A DNA stretch of 63,712 nucleotides, counting the filler, from Octopus bimaculoides (Eukaryota), in NCBI RefSeq assembly GCF_001194135.2. It is 6 parts of 6 records of this genome, joined end to end, with 100 filler letters (N's around TTAATTAATTAA, not from the genome) between each part and the next. Parts side by side here need not be neighbours in the genome. Positions count along the whole stretch, not along the records: positions 1 to 18,177 come from NC_068999.1; positions 18,278 to 21,747 come from NC_068993.1; positions 21,848 to 26,327 come from NC_069005.1; 3 more parts are not named here. One strand, 5' to 3'. This document shows positions 14,174 through 26,327 of the stretch, in pieces (position 1 is the first letter of the stretch; each line of letters opens with the position of its first letter). Position numbers and translations under genes: made by a program. The notes under the pieces are model-generated. The model saw only the letters and a list, made by a program, of their open reading frames with translations. It ran no database searches and was not told the DNA's origin.

Positions 14174-14475
14174 GTGGAGGCACATAACCTAGTGGCTAGA
14201 GCAGCGGATACACGGTCGAGGAATCGCGGGTTCGAATCTCAGACCGGGCGATATGTGTGTTTATGAGCGAAACACCTAAGCCCCACGCGGCTCCAAGAGA
14301 AGGTTACGGCGAACTTCTGATGACTCTTTCACCACAACTTTCTTTCACTCTTACCTCCTGCAGCTCGCCTTTGACGGACCGGCATCCCATCCAGCTGCGG
14401 AACCTATTCGACAATGAAACCGGGAAACCGGCTGTTATGAGCCAGGCATAGCTGGAGAAGGAACAAACAACAACA
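14174..14475 (+). mobile_element. SINE family B with an (AAC)-type tail
   Basis: Head gtggaggcacataacctagtgg...gggttcgaatctc; 13-bp TSD tatccttcacatc at 14161-14173 and 14476-14488. Confidence 0.88.
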
Positions 14476-16559
14476 TATCCTTCACATCACACCATTTCTT
14501 CTCGAAAAGAGTGAAGAACATATTGGATACTAAAATCTACAATACATTATGAAAGTATGTATAGAAAAGAAAAGACGAGAAGGCATAGTAGGCATGTCTT
14601 TGATAATTTGTCTGCTGGGACTGAAGAACAAAAGCAGCCATGCATATATGTATAGATGTATTAATGTTTGTTTTTATATTGTTACTAGCTGAGGTACCAA
14701 GTAATAAATTACTGTTAATAATATGTTTGTTTATAGCCATGAAACATTTTTCGTCAAATTTCGACATTTTTGCCAAAATTTAAAATCTATGTTAATGGGT
14801 AGGACCAATTTGACGAAAAGACGAGCATAGTCTGGTAGCGAACCCGTGTCGTTATCATTTTTGTGCATGTGCGTAAAATGGCGAAATTTTACGGTTTGGG
14901 GCAGATTATATCAAATTGAATTCACGACGTTTAGGGTGCAAAATACCTAAATTTTGCTTGAGAAATAAAACGATTTTACCTAATCAAAACCTGAAACGAT
15001 GTCGAATTAAAACAACGAATTGATGTAATAAGTTTTAGCAAATCAAAACACTTCGCATTGAAATAAAGAATTAGCATATGCTAAATAGATAACCGTTAAT
15101 AAACTGTCTGTTTATACCCATGAGACATTTTTCGTCAAATTTCGGCATTCTTTGTCAAATTGATGTCGCGACAGCTAGTGCGAAATATGCCGAAATTTTA
15201 CGATTTCTGAAAAATCTATGCCGATTAAAAATCGATTTAAAAAAAAGAGTCAAGTGCGTAAGTAACCGTATGGGCATAAGCCCCACACACGTTACGTTTC
15301 ATCAACGTTCCTACATACACACCCATATAAAGACATTTATATGTATATAAATATACATACATATAAACGTGGTCAAACACGCATNNNNNNNNNNNNNNNN
15401 NNNNNNNNNNNNNNNNNNNNNNNNNNNNNNNNNNNNNNNNNNNNNNNNNNNNNNNNNNNNNNNNNNNNNNNNNNNNNNNNNNNNNNNNNNNNNNNNNNNT
15501 ATATATATATATATATATTAACATTTCTATATACACATACGCACACGTATTCATCGATACGTGTGGGTGTATAGCCGTTTATGTGTATCTATCTATACTA
15601 CGTAAGTGTCTATGTTTTTTCGTTTGTAATTATGTGCCCGTTACCGGGAGAAATAATATTTATCTTAAGCATTTGTGAGATAAACGGCGTTTGTTTTACT
15701 TTGCATGTAATGAATACTCGGAAATATATAAAATGCTTTATCAGTCACAAACTTTTTCAAAAAAAAAGAAAAAAAAAAAATTAGAAAAAAGAAAGAAAGA
15801 AAGAAAGGAAAAAGATCTTCTAACTTCTAACATTTCAACTAGTTCTCAAAAACTAATATATTATACATTACACAAAAGCAACGACTATGGAAAAAAAGCA
15901 CCAGGTTTTTTTTCAGTTTTTAGACCATAATATTTTTTGCCGCCTAACAATGTATGATTTTCCAATCCATCAAATCTTCTCTCAAACCACTGCAATACAT
16001 TCATGCAAATGTAACAAAAAATAAATAAATAAAGAAAGAAAGAAAGAAAGAAAGAAAAACATAGACGTAACTTGAATTGACATTTTCGTATGAGGTGTAA
16101 AGCATAACTTTGAAAATTCCCCATTCGGCATTTTTAACGAGGTAATAACATTATTAATGACGTATACTGATGGTTTGCTGTTTTATCATTTTCTCTTTAA
16201 AACGAATCTCGTTGTAGCAGACTCGAAAACTAGTTGCTCTTTAGTAGTTACTCTTATTCCCTCGGTACAAATAAACGGTTTTACTCCAATTGAAGCTCTG
16301 ATAGCAAGCCAATTTACCAGTTAACACCATGGCGTATCTATTTCAACCTCTACTTTTTCTCCGACTATTCTAATCTCTGTCAATTTGGTATCTAACTGAC
16401 GGCGTTCATTTATACATCAGCATATTCTCACAAGTTTATACTAGCAAAGACTAGTAAATTTAAAGTAGTTACGCGAAGAGGCTATAATGAACATGAAAAA
16501 CAAAAAGTTCGCGTCGTTTCAAATTACAAAATATTTCTGACATCAAGATTTTTTATTCC

Positions 16560-16609
<50 letters not shown>

Positions 16610-16890
16610 TATTATTACTATTGTCATTTCGTTTATCAGAGCTCTCATTTCAATTTCTCCGGTTGATTCTGTAAGAACAGACAGCAACCTGTTGTCAAGG
16701 GTCTCACCGGATCTCTTTCCACGATACTTGACATCGAAGTAGCAATCTCAAAATCCTCACTGTTTCCAATAAAGCAATTCTCTGGGCATATTCTACCCAT
16801 GTGTCAATCCTAAATTCTCCAACAAATTTCTTAAACATGGTTGTTAAAAGCACAAATCTTTTTCGCTGACTTCTGAATTTCCTCTCTCGT
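16560..16890 (-). mobile_element. R4/Dong-type LINE 3' end with (TAA)n tail
   Basis: The minus strand translates ..KKFVGEFRIDTWVEYAQRIALLETVRILRLLL, resembling the REL-clade C-terminal LQK.ALLGTARILR.VL motif. It is followed by a short 3' UTR and (TAA)n at 16560-16620. Confidence 0.6.
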
Positions 16891-16934
16891 TACTATGGTG
16901 TTATTATTGGTGTTACTATTAACACGGTGGTCAG

Positions 16935-17105
16935 CTGGAAGAATCCTTAGCTCACCGGGCTAAATGCTTAGCCAATCGCTATGTTCTGAGTTCTAATTCC
17001 GACGAGGTCGACTTTGACTTCCATACTGGGGTGGATAAATTAGTGAAACACCGGGGTCGATGTGATCAGCTAGTCCTTCCCCACAAGTTTTAAGCCTTTC
17101 GCCTT
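16935..17105 (+). mobile_element. SINE family C copy
   Basis: agctggaagaatccttagctcaccgggctaaatgcttagc...ttctgagttctaattccgacgaggtcgactttg...ggggtcgatgtgatc. Confidence 0.75.
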
Positions 17106-17113
17106 TATTATTA

Positions 17114-17162
<49 letters not shown>

Positions 17163-17163
<1 letters not shown>

Positions 17164-17707
17164 GAGTGAGAGACCAGTGCACGCCGTCAAAGTGACTCTG
17201 CGGTAAAATATACGAAGCCCAGTATACCCACCATGACTACTCGTCTGATAAAGGAACGCAAGACACGTGCATCCAACATGGTGATCCCGTATGAAGATAA
17301 GCAGCACGTGGCCTTACAGGAGAGGAGGCAGTTAGGATTTTCTTCACGTCGAGTATCCCATCCTGCTGAAAAGATCCCTGAATAAGGGTTGTTTAAGGAT
17401 GTTGAACGAAACACCCTTGTTTCCAAAGGCGAATGATCCTAACCTCAAAGAATTCCTCTCAATACATGGTTATGATGCTGTCCCACTACTTCTGATTGTG
17501 ATTAGAGATACACATATAGTCAGATAGCAAGGTTATATGCTCAACTGGTTAAAGTCAGACAACTAAAACCAAATCTATGGGATTCAGAGAGTATATTGAC
17601 TGAAGCCCATCTTTTTTTTACCTAGACAAAACAATGTACATAATAACACTTCTAATCAGTTAAGATCAGAAGCCATGGGAGCCACTGCCTGGTACTGCAT
17701 CCGGGCA
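17163..17707 (-). mobile_element. ~550-bp TAA-flanked noncoding interspersed element (element D), copy 1
   Basis: Colinear with 42771-43330 and 54936-55480 (gagtgagagagcagtgcatgccatcaaagtgacact...gccactgcctggtactgcatc.gggca); (TTA)n on both sides. Confidence 0.85.
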
Positions 17708-17739
17708 TTTATTATTATTATTATTATTGCTATTATTAT

Positions 17740-17910
17740 TAAGCGTACACCAGGCTCATGCATCACGACCAAATGTGCATGACATAGTGATCTCATATAG
17801 AGATAAACAGCGCATGACGTTGCAGGGAGGGCCGAGATAAACATTTTCTTCACGTCGAGTTAAGAGCAGAAGCTATGGGTGCCACAACCTGATACTGAAT
17901 AGGGACATTT
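17740..17910 (-). mobile_element. Internally deleted tandem copy of element D
   Basis: gtacaccaggctcatgcatcac...ttcttcacgtcgagt is joined directly to taagagcagaagctatgg...gggacattt, between TTA runs. Confidence 0.75.
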
Positions 17911-17934
17911 ATTATTATTATCATTATTATTATT

Positions 17935-18177
17935 ATTTTATGCTTGACTTTTGTTTTGCAATTGTACAAGTTGGATCCAAGTCTCACCCAGAGACCTCAA
18001 GAGACAACAAGTTAGAAGTTCATGTAGGTGTTATGCCTAGGGTACCATATATTTGGATTCGTACAGTTTTGTTCAAGTGAATGTTTAAGAAACCATAAGA
18101 AAATTATGTGTTTGTTTTAAAATTTGAGATCACATAGACAGTATTTTACGTAGGATATGGGCAGTTCCCATGAGCAC
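17935..18177 (-). mobile_element. R4/Dong-type LINE 3' UTR, truncated by a gap
   Basis: Near-identical to 55595-55820, which continues into coding sequence; ends in (TAA)n. Confidence 0.8.
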
Positions 18178-18277
18178 NNNNNNNNNNNNNNNNNNNNNNN
18201 NNNNNNNNNNNNNNNNNNNNNTTAATTAATTAANNNNNNNNNNNNNNNNNNNNNNNNNNNNNNNNNNNNNNNNNNNN

Positions 18278-18315
<38 letters not shown>

Positions 18316-18944
18316 TTCATGCATATACATATGCACTTTAAATGCTTACATATAAAGCACTACATATATCACGTGTCATTGCTTTGCTTCCATTTATTTC
18401 ATTCAACTTTACAGGAATACTACTACTAATACTACTACAACTACTACTACTAATAATAGCTGAACAATAACAAAAACAGCAACAACAACAACAATAACAA
18501 TAATAATTTGTTTTATTCTAATGGTTTCTTCATATGCCATGGAGCAAGAAGGAAATGACATTAATATACAATGGAATATCATTGTTGATTTTCTTTTGAC
18601 TTACATTCATGTCAAATCATTACAATACATTACAGATAAACAAATAGATAACTGAAAGTAACATGGCGTTCTGTGTATATATNNNNNNNNNNATATATAT
18701 ATATATATATATATATGATGTAAGATTTTGTTCACATAAGGAAAGGAAAAAGTGCTTAAAATATACTGCAGAGTTTATATTTATGTCGAATCTGTTGAAG
18801 AGTGAACTCAGTTGCTGCTCAGAGTTTTGCTCCACGTGATATATCTATATATCTACACACACACACACAAACACACGCGCACACACACACACACAGAAAC
18901 GGGCACACATACAATTGTATGTTTGTATGTATATATATACATAC

Positions 18945-19001
<57 letters not shown>

Positions 19002-19564
19002 NNNNNNNNNNNNNNNNNNNNNNNNNNNNNNNNNNNNNNNNNNNNNNNNNNNNNNNNNNNNNNNNNNNNNNNNNNNNNNNNNNNNNNNNNNNNNNNNNNN
19101 NNNNNNNNNNNNNNNNNNNNNNNNNNNNNNNNNNNNNNNNNNNNNNNNNNNNNNNNNNNNNNNNNNNNNNNNNNNNNNNNNNNNNNNNNNNNNNNNNNNN
19201 NNNNNNNNNNNNNNNNNNNNNNNNNNNNNNNNNNNNNNNNNNNNNNNNNNNNNNNNNNNNNNNNNNNNNNNNNNNNNNNNNNNNNNNNNNNNNNNNNNNN
19301 NNNNNNNNNNNNNNNNNNNNNNNNNNNNNNNNNNNNNNNNNNNNNNNNNNNNNNNNNNNNNNNNNNNNNNNNNNNNNNNNNNNNNNNNNNNNNNNNNNNN
19401 NNNNNNNNNNNNNNNNNNNNNNNNNNNNNNNNNNNNNNNNNNATATATATATATATATATATATACATATATGTTCATATACTTGGAAATGGATGCGTGG
19501 CGTTCGATCATAATATTATATAAATGATATATAATATATGCATATATACATACCTACATATATA

Positions 19565-20150
19565 TGTATATATACATGCATATATGGGTACAGAACATCA
19601 ATAAAACGTGAAAAAGAGAAACAAGAACATAAACAAAAACATAGAAAACGAACTCTTTTTCGAACAACGAAAGAAACAAATAGAGAAACGAGACATGCAA
19701 TATAAAGAACATTCGCTTCATCAGTTGTCCCCTGGTTTATCTACTCCGCGTTTCGAAGGTAGGAACAAGACGCGACTTCGTTAAAACTGTCCTCTCCGCA
19801 AAGCAAATTAAATATATTTGGGATTTTTTGCGGAGGGTTAAAGTGGTAACAAAAACACGACAGTAAGAACAAAACAGTAAAAACAAACAGCGAGGGCTCT
19901 GTTAAGCCAAGACGATGTGAAGTGGTGAACGCTGGAAAAACGAGCTTCGAGAAGAGAGAGGTAAAAGCATGTCTTGTCTTTAGGAAGGAAGTGTAAGAAA
20001 GATAGATAGATAGCCGTTAGTCACGTGTGAGCAACGAGAGAGTCAAGGAGGAAGAGTGAGAGAGAGGGAATGGTGAAGGGGAGAGGAGAAGAATAGGGAA
20101 AGGGTGAGAAAGAAAAACAGAAAGGAAGAAGAACAAGGGAGGGAGATAGA
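19565..20150 (-). mobile_element. Interspersed repeat, possibly a Penelope-like terminal region
   Basis: The reverse complement of 19565-19755 matches 63367-63535 (gcggagtagat...gggacaactgatgaag.gaa...ttctttat.ttgcatgtctcgt...tgtac.catatatgcatg). It carries GAAAC and CTGATGA motifs. Confidence 0.55.
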
Positions 20151-21054
20151 TAGAAGGAATAGAGATAGAATAAAAGTGCTAGATAGGTGGATGGTTTCTA
20201 ATATCGGCAACAGATCATAGTTTTTTGAGAAAAGAGTATAATCGAGCGAATTTGGGAGCAGAACTATAGTCGATTAAATCTACCTCTTTGTCATCTCTGT
20301 TATACAACGCCATAACTATTAATAATAATGTAGACAGCAACAATATTTCTGCACTTGGAACCAAGCCTCACATTTACATAGAATGCAACGAAATATAGAA
20401 TATTCATATTTAACCTCTTAATCTCGTTGCCAATGTGTATCTGCATACAACAGAGAATAGTTACAATGTTATTTATGACAACAATCAATATTAAGGTTTA
20501 TGCTGTTATCATTTTCTCTCCAGTTAAAGCGTTCAACTGCCTGTACATTTTAAAATGGAGGTAGCTAACTGCTGTTATTTCCATAAAGATATTCAGACTC
20601 AGCTAAAACAGTACGATATCCCGATATGCGATTTAATGTTAGCTATATATGAATCCCATCTGCAGCATTTAGTAGTCATTTTTAAAAGCATTATTGGAGG
20701 TAAGCTAGATACTTAATAAGACCTCCAATTTTTTATAGTTTATCGATTTTTTCGTAGCAAAGGACTGATTTATGTATATTATTTCCTAACTCTATTGGTC
20801 ACTATTCACACAAGTAAACTATGGAGTTATACTTTAAAGTTTCACAAAGTTGTAGTCATATATTGAGTTATATATTTTTTCTCATGTTTCACACTTTAAA
20901 CGTATTTTGCTGCATAGATATATTTTGCTTTAGATTCGGTTTAAACTAAGATCAGGGTTTTGAATTGATATATAAATTAGCTACAGGACCAAAGACATCA
21001 GTGACGATGCATTTAGTGGAAAAAAAATGACTCCAATGGTTGACTAACGGTGTA

Positions 21055-21250
21055 AGCCGTTAGCTTAGTGGTAAGGATGTTGCACCCACGATTACAAGAT
21101 CTGATCGAGATTTCGACTGCTAGACCGGGCGGTGTGTTTTGTCCTTTAGCAAAGACTGCATTTCGCGTTGCTGCAGTTCATTCAGTTGTAGAAAAGTAAC
21201 TCTGCTGCGGATTAGACTTCGTTCCGTTCAGAGGTAATGTTGTGATCTCG
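21055..21250 (+). mobile_element. Decayed tRNA-head SINE with a CORE-like centre
   Basis: gttagcttagtggtaaggatgttg...ttcgactgctagaccgggcgg...gtcctttagcaaagac...gttgctgcagttcattcagttg. Confidence 0.55.
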
Positions 21251-21339
21251 GTCAGTTGTGCGTCATGAAATCCGGGTAAGCGGCCCGATGAGTCCCAGGA
21301 ATCGAGACGGTATTGAAAATGGCAATGATGATGAGGATG

Positions 21340-21540
21340 GTGACAAGATAATGAATTAGTGCTTCATTAAAACGCTTAGCTGTATTTCGTCTGTTCTGAG
21401 TTGAAATTCCACCTAGGTTCACTTTACCTTTCATCTTTTCGGGGATGATAAATAAAGTACCAGTTATATACTGGGGTCGATCTAATCGACTGGCCGCTTC
21501 CCCCAAAAGTTCGGGCCTTGTGCCTAGAATAGAAAAGATT
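21340..21540 (+). mobile_element. SINE family C copy
   Basis: cgcttagctgtatttcgtctgttctgagttgaaattcc...tactggggtcgatctaatcgactggcc...gggccttgtgcctagaatagaaaagatt. Confidence 0.8.
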
Positions 21541-21715
21541 CTCCTCGATATATATATTGATTTTTTTCGATTTCCAATATGAGTGGGCGCAGTTTGTTGA
21601 ATTTTGTCGAATGAATTTTCAAACATTAAACATTTAACAATACTTATTATTTATCTACGCTGTGTCTGTATACATACGTATATATACAAACATACATACA
21701 TACATACATACGTTT

Positions 21716-21747
<32 letters not shown>

Positions 21748-22244
21748 NNNNNNNNNNNNNNNNNNNNNNNNNNNNNNNNNNNNNNNNNNNNTTAATTAAT
21801 TAANNNNNNNNNNNNNNNNNNNNNNNNNNNNNNNNNNNNNNNNNNNNATATATATATATATTATATTATAATATATTATATTATAATTAAGTGTTACACT
21901 AGTGTGACTAGTATGAAAGATAATGACAGTGGAAATGGAAGTAACATTATTATAATATATTGGCTGTTGTAAAATGGACAAGAAATGAGTAATAGCAAAA
22001 CTTTTAGTAAAAATATAAAATCACCTTTGAAAAAGAACGGCGCAGGAAATAACATCCACCTCACACAATTGGTTGAAAACATAGGCAAACAGACATCACA
22101 GGTATAGAATTTTACAGACATTTACGTAAATGTACACACCTTATTTAAAGACACATAATGTAAATATACATAATGTAAATACAGAATACACACTGCATAT
22201 ATACATAGATATTTATATCTCTATAACGTAATAGTGCAACAAAA

Positions 22245-22460
22245 AACCGGCGGTCGGCCGACCTTTGGTGTCAATACAGGAGATCACCGGCTGATCATTG
22301 TTGTTGACTTCCGGCTGATGGTGGTAGTGGTAGGAGTAGGGGCTTATACCTGAAAATACCGGATCTCGATACAGTGAAACCTTTTCTGACCAGAGATCGA
22401 ATAGTTAGGTCGGAGGTTCGGTTCTACCGTAAATGGTAACATTTACGTTTGGGCCAGTGC
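22245..22460. promoter_or_regulatory. CpG-dense, promoter-like patch
   Basis: About 13 CpG in 220 nt (hand count), an ETS-type ACTTCCGG at 22307-22314, and a 12-bp palindrome GGTCGGCCGACC at 22252-22263. No match to the repeat families seen here. Function is inferred only. Confidence 0.3.
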
Positions 22461-23455
22461 TTGTTTCTTTATACGCGTATTAAAACATATTTACATCATA
22501 TTTTACGCACACACACACAGACACATGTGGGTACATGTATTTCTGTGCGATTAAGACGTTTGCTTCGCAGTCAACATGCTTCAAGAATGAATACCACAAC
22601 GCAGTTCCTTTGATAAATGCTTTGTATCATGGCTTTAGGTTGGCAAATGATTTAAACGTCAGATATCGATCAATATTTCTCACCTACAACATCCGACTGG
22701 CGATGAAAACAGTCTTGGGTTGCTATTTCTGGCAAGTAAAGTGACCTCAAGAGGTTTCAATTTCATAGTACAAGAGCTACCTCCCTTAGCTTTAAGTTTT
22801 ACTCGTGAAATTAGTGGTTCTTTGATCTTTTTTAGTCATCAGACTGCGGCCACGTTGGGGCACCGATTGAAGAATTTTAATCGAACAAATCGACACCAGT
22901 TCTTTCTTTTTTATATCTGGTGTTTTTTTTTACTGGCCTCTTTTACCGAACCGCTAAGTTACGTGAACGATACCATACACGGAATATTAGCAGCTGAGTT
23001 TTCCTCTTCAGTCAAAGACGCAAAATATCGTAGCGGTTTCACGCCAATTACCTTTGATACTGCTCGATTTTGCAGGCGCCAGTGCCTTTGTTAAGCTACT
23101 GGGAAAAAGTTAGCGAATGTGTGCTAAGATAGAAACAAACAAGACATTTTATAAATACAACAGACAATGAATTATGTATATATAACAGCACGAAGCCTTA
23201 CGGCTATATACAAACGAAGAAAAAATAATAAACATACATACACCACAAATACAACAGAAAGAGCTTTGCAGCTGTCGAACGAACAGAGTGGGGTTGGGCA
23301 AAGAGGAAATAGAGTAAGGCCTAGAGGACAGAATGGACGTAGGAGCTATGACCAGTCTGGTCAATGGTAGGGCGAAAAAGAACGACACCGCTTTTACCGG
23401 TCACCGGTCACGTGGTATGGAAGAGGAAGTGTTGAGAGAGGGAAAGAGGGGCGAC

Positions 23456-23533
<78 letters not shown>

Positions 23534-24244
23534 AGAGCAGAGATAGAAAGAGAGGGGAAATGGCAGAGAGAGCAAGAACGTAGAAACAGAGGGGAGAAAG
23601 GTGCAAGGGAGGCAAGCGAGGGCGGAAAGTGAGGGTAAAACTGGAGAAAGAGAGAGTAGATTAGGGGATTGAAAAAAATAGAGTAAGAGGAAAAGAGGGA
23701 GAGAACGAGAGAGAGAGAAGGAGAGAGAAAGGAAGAGTGGAAATAAATATAGAATAAGAGAGGAGATAGGGTTAAGAGTGGCACAAGAATGTTCAAGTAA
23801 TATTTTTTTTACAATAAAGTAAACAAACAATGCGCATTGCGCTACATGGATGTATCAAGAGTTGAACAGAGAGAATACATCAAAGAGAAAAGTTAGACGA
23901 AAGCAGAGTAGACGGAAACTAAACGGACGGGAAATTAGCCAACGACACAATACACGGAATATTCGCAGCCGATTTTTCCTCTTCAGTCAAAGACGCAAAA
24001 TATCATAGCAGCTTCACGCTTTTACGATCTGAGTTCAAATGCCGCCGAAGTTGACTTTACCTTTTTTATCCTTTCGGGGTTAATAAAATAAGTAGCAGCT
24101 GAGCACTAGGGTCGATGTAATCGATTTACTCTCTCACCCGAACTTACTGGCCTTGTGTCAAAATTGGAAACCATTATTGTTTAGAATCGCAATATACATA
24201 AACATATATATATACATATACATAAACATATATATATGAACATA

Positions 24245-24552
24245 AACCAAGTGGTTTCGGCGTCAGTCACACTGCGTGGCACACGGGCCGATCAATGCCT
24301 TGTGAATGAATTTGGTAGCGCGTGCGCGTGTGTTCGTGTCTGTATCTTTTCCACCTCCACCGCTTGCCAACCAGTGTTGGTATATATATGTCCTTGTAAC
24401 CTGCAGTTCGGCAAAAGTGACCGATAGAATAAGTAGGAAACTTAAAAGAAGTAAAATAGTAGGATCAACTTGTTCAACTAAAACCTCTACAAGATGGTGC
24501 CCCCAGCATGACCGCAGTCCTGTGACTGAAAAAGAGTAAAGGATAAAAGGCA
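24245..24552 (+). mobile_element. Decayed SINE family A
   Basis: accaagtggtttcggcgtcagtcacactgcgtggcac...gcagttcggcaaaagtgaccgatagaataagt...ccccagcatgaccgcagtc...gagtaaaggataaaag. Confidence 0.75.
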
Positions 24553-24774
24553 AGAAGTTCTGTCATGGACGTCAGCTGCTTATTTGTCGAAAATGTGATA
24601 AACATCAGTACAGAAAATAAATGTCATTCTTAGGATCACGGATGAAGAATAAAAAAAAAAATACCCAAAATAGATTTTCAGCTTTATACTCATTATCTTT
24701 GAAAAGATAATCCGCTTGGATCAAAGTGCAGTTGCACTTGGATTATTGGAGAAAGAATGATTTATACTTTAGAA

Positions 24775-25028
24775 CAATGGTTCTAAACCATGTTTTGTCT
24801 ATGGACCCATTTGATTCCTATTTTACTCTGTTGGGCCTCTGTAGCCATTCGTATATTAAAAAAATCATTCTGTATTTTTATAATTAAATATTGTTAGGAA
24901 TTACATAATAAAATTAAAATATTTTGTGTATTGTAGAAGTAGAAGTAATTTATTGAAGATAAATTTTAACAGCAAAAAATCTTATATGGACCCCCCAGGG
25001 TCATATGGACCCCAGATGAGAACCATTG
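24775..25028. mobile_element. hAT (Buster/Charlie-type) MITE, 254 bp
   Basis: TIRs caatggttct.../...agaaccattg; perfect 8-bp TSD ctttagaa at 24767-24774 and 25029-25036 with central TA; subterminal atggaccc motif occurs three times. Confidence 0.88.
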
Positions 25029-26228
25029 CTTTAGAATGTATCCATTCTTTAGAAACGTGTTACAGTGTGTCGAGTTTTCTAGAAGAATCTCTCCAAATCT
25101 GTCAGATATCGATCAATCTTTCTCCCCTACAACATCCGACTGGCGATGAAAACAGTCTTGAACTGTCTTCAACGACTCGAGCCCTTCTCCATTCTCAATG
25201 ATTACTAGCACAGCTTCCATAAATCCAGATTGGCTACAGTCTTGCTCTCATATATAACTGCAAAAGCTAGGGTTTTCAGAAAAAGAAACCACACAGCTAA
25301 CATGCACATTACAAATACAATCTGTGAACGGAACAGTATAAATATGCAAGACTTCTCAAGTTCAAAATGTGACATTGTTTTATTTCATTTTGTTTTGACA
25401 TCTACATTCTAACGATGGAGCTTTGTATCTTTGTTAGAAGCCAGCTCCTTTCTTGCAGGGAATACTTCAAATAGTTAAAAATAGAAGAGAACATCCATCT
25501 ATCCATCCATCCATCCATCCATCCATCCATCCATCCATCCATCCACTCATCTATCAACACAAAACAAAACAAAACAAAAGCAAAAACTACAAATAAGCAG
25601 CAAAAGTCTTTCGAATAGATTTATGGAATTCAACATTTGACTCGTTAGACATTGTAGATGGATTCCTTAAGATTACGCACCACCGTCGAGAGTTAGTAAT
25701 GAAAGGGTGAGAAACACTTCATAATGTATTTTTAGATAAGCAACGACTAGTCATAGAACAAGCAGTTATAGCACGACAAGAGTGTACTTGATCATACAGT
25801 AAGCAGTACTGTAACGTGAGTCTAGGATGTTTGCATGGGTGCGACAGCATTAACGCTATCCTAGCTGTGTAACCAGTACTGTAATATGGGTCTAAAATTA
25901 TTTGTGTGTATCTAAGATATGTGGGTCTGGGATATGTGTGTGTGTGTGTGTGTGTTCGGGTGTTTATGTATTTTGTGTGCATAACAACAATGTGGGTAAC
26001 AGCAGGATTGTCCTAGATACATGAACAGCCCTATAATGTATGTATAGGATGTTTGTGTATGTAATAGCAGCGGTCATTTGCCTTTGGAGGATGTCGGCGG
26101 AAGTTATGATGTTGGACTTTGCGTAAGTAAAAGGCATAAACTATATCTGACATAAGAACCGCCTTGTTCGTAGAATTTATTCTTTCTAGCACAAGACACT
26201 AATTTGTCACAACCACTATCGGAGAAAA

Positions 26229-26327
26229 AGAAGAAGAAGAAGAAGAAGAAGAAGAAGAAGAAGAAGAAGAAGAAGAAGAAGAAGAAGAAGAAGAAGAAGA
26301 AGAAGAAGAAGAAGAAGAAGAAGAAGA
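26229..26327 (+). repeat. (GAA)n microsatellite, more than 30 units, truncated by a gap
   Basis: Direct reading. Confidence 0.95.
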
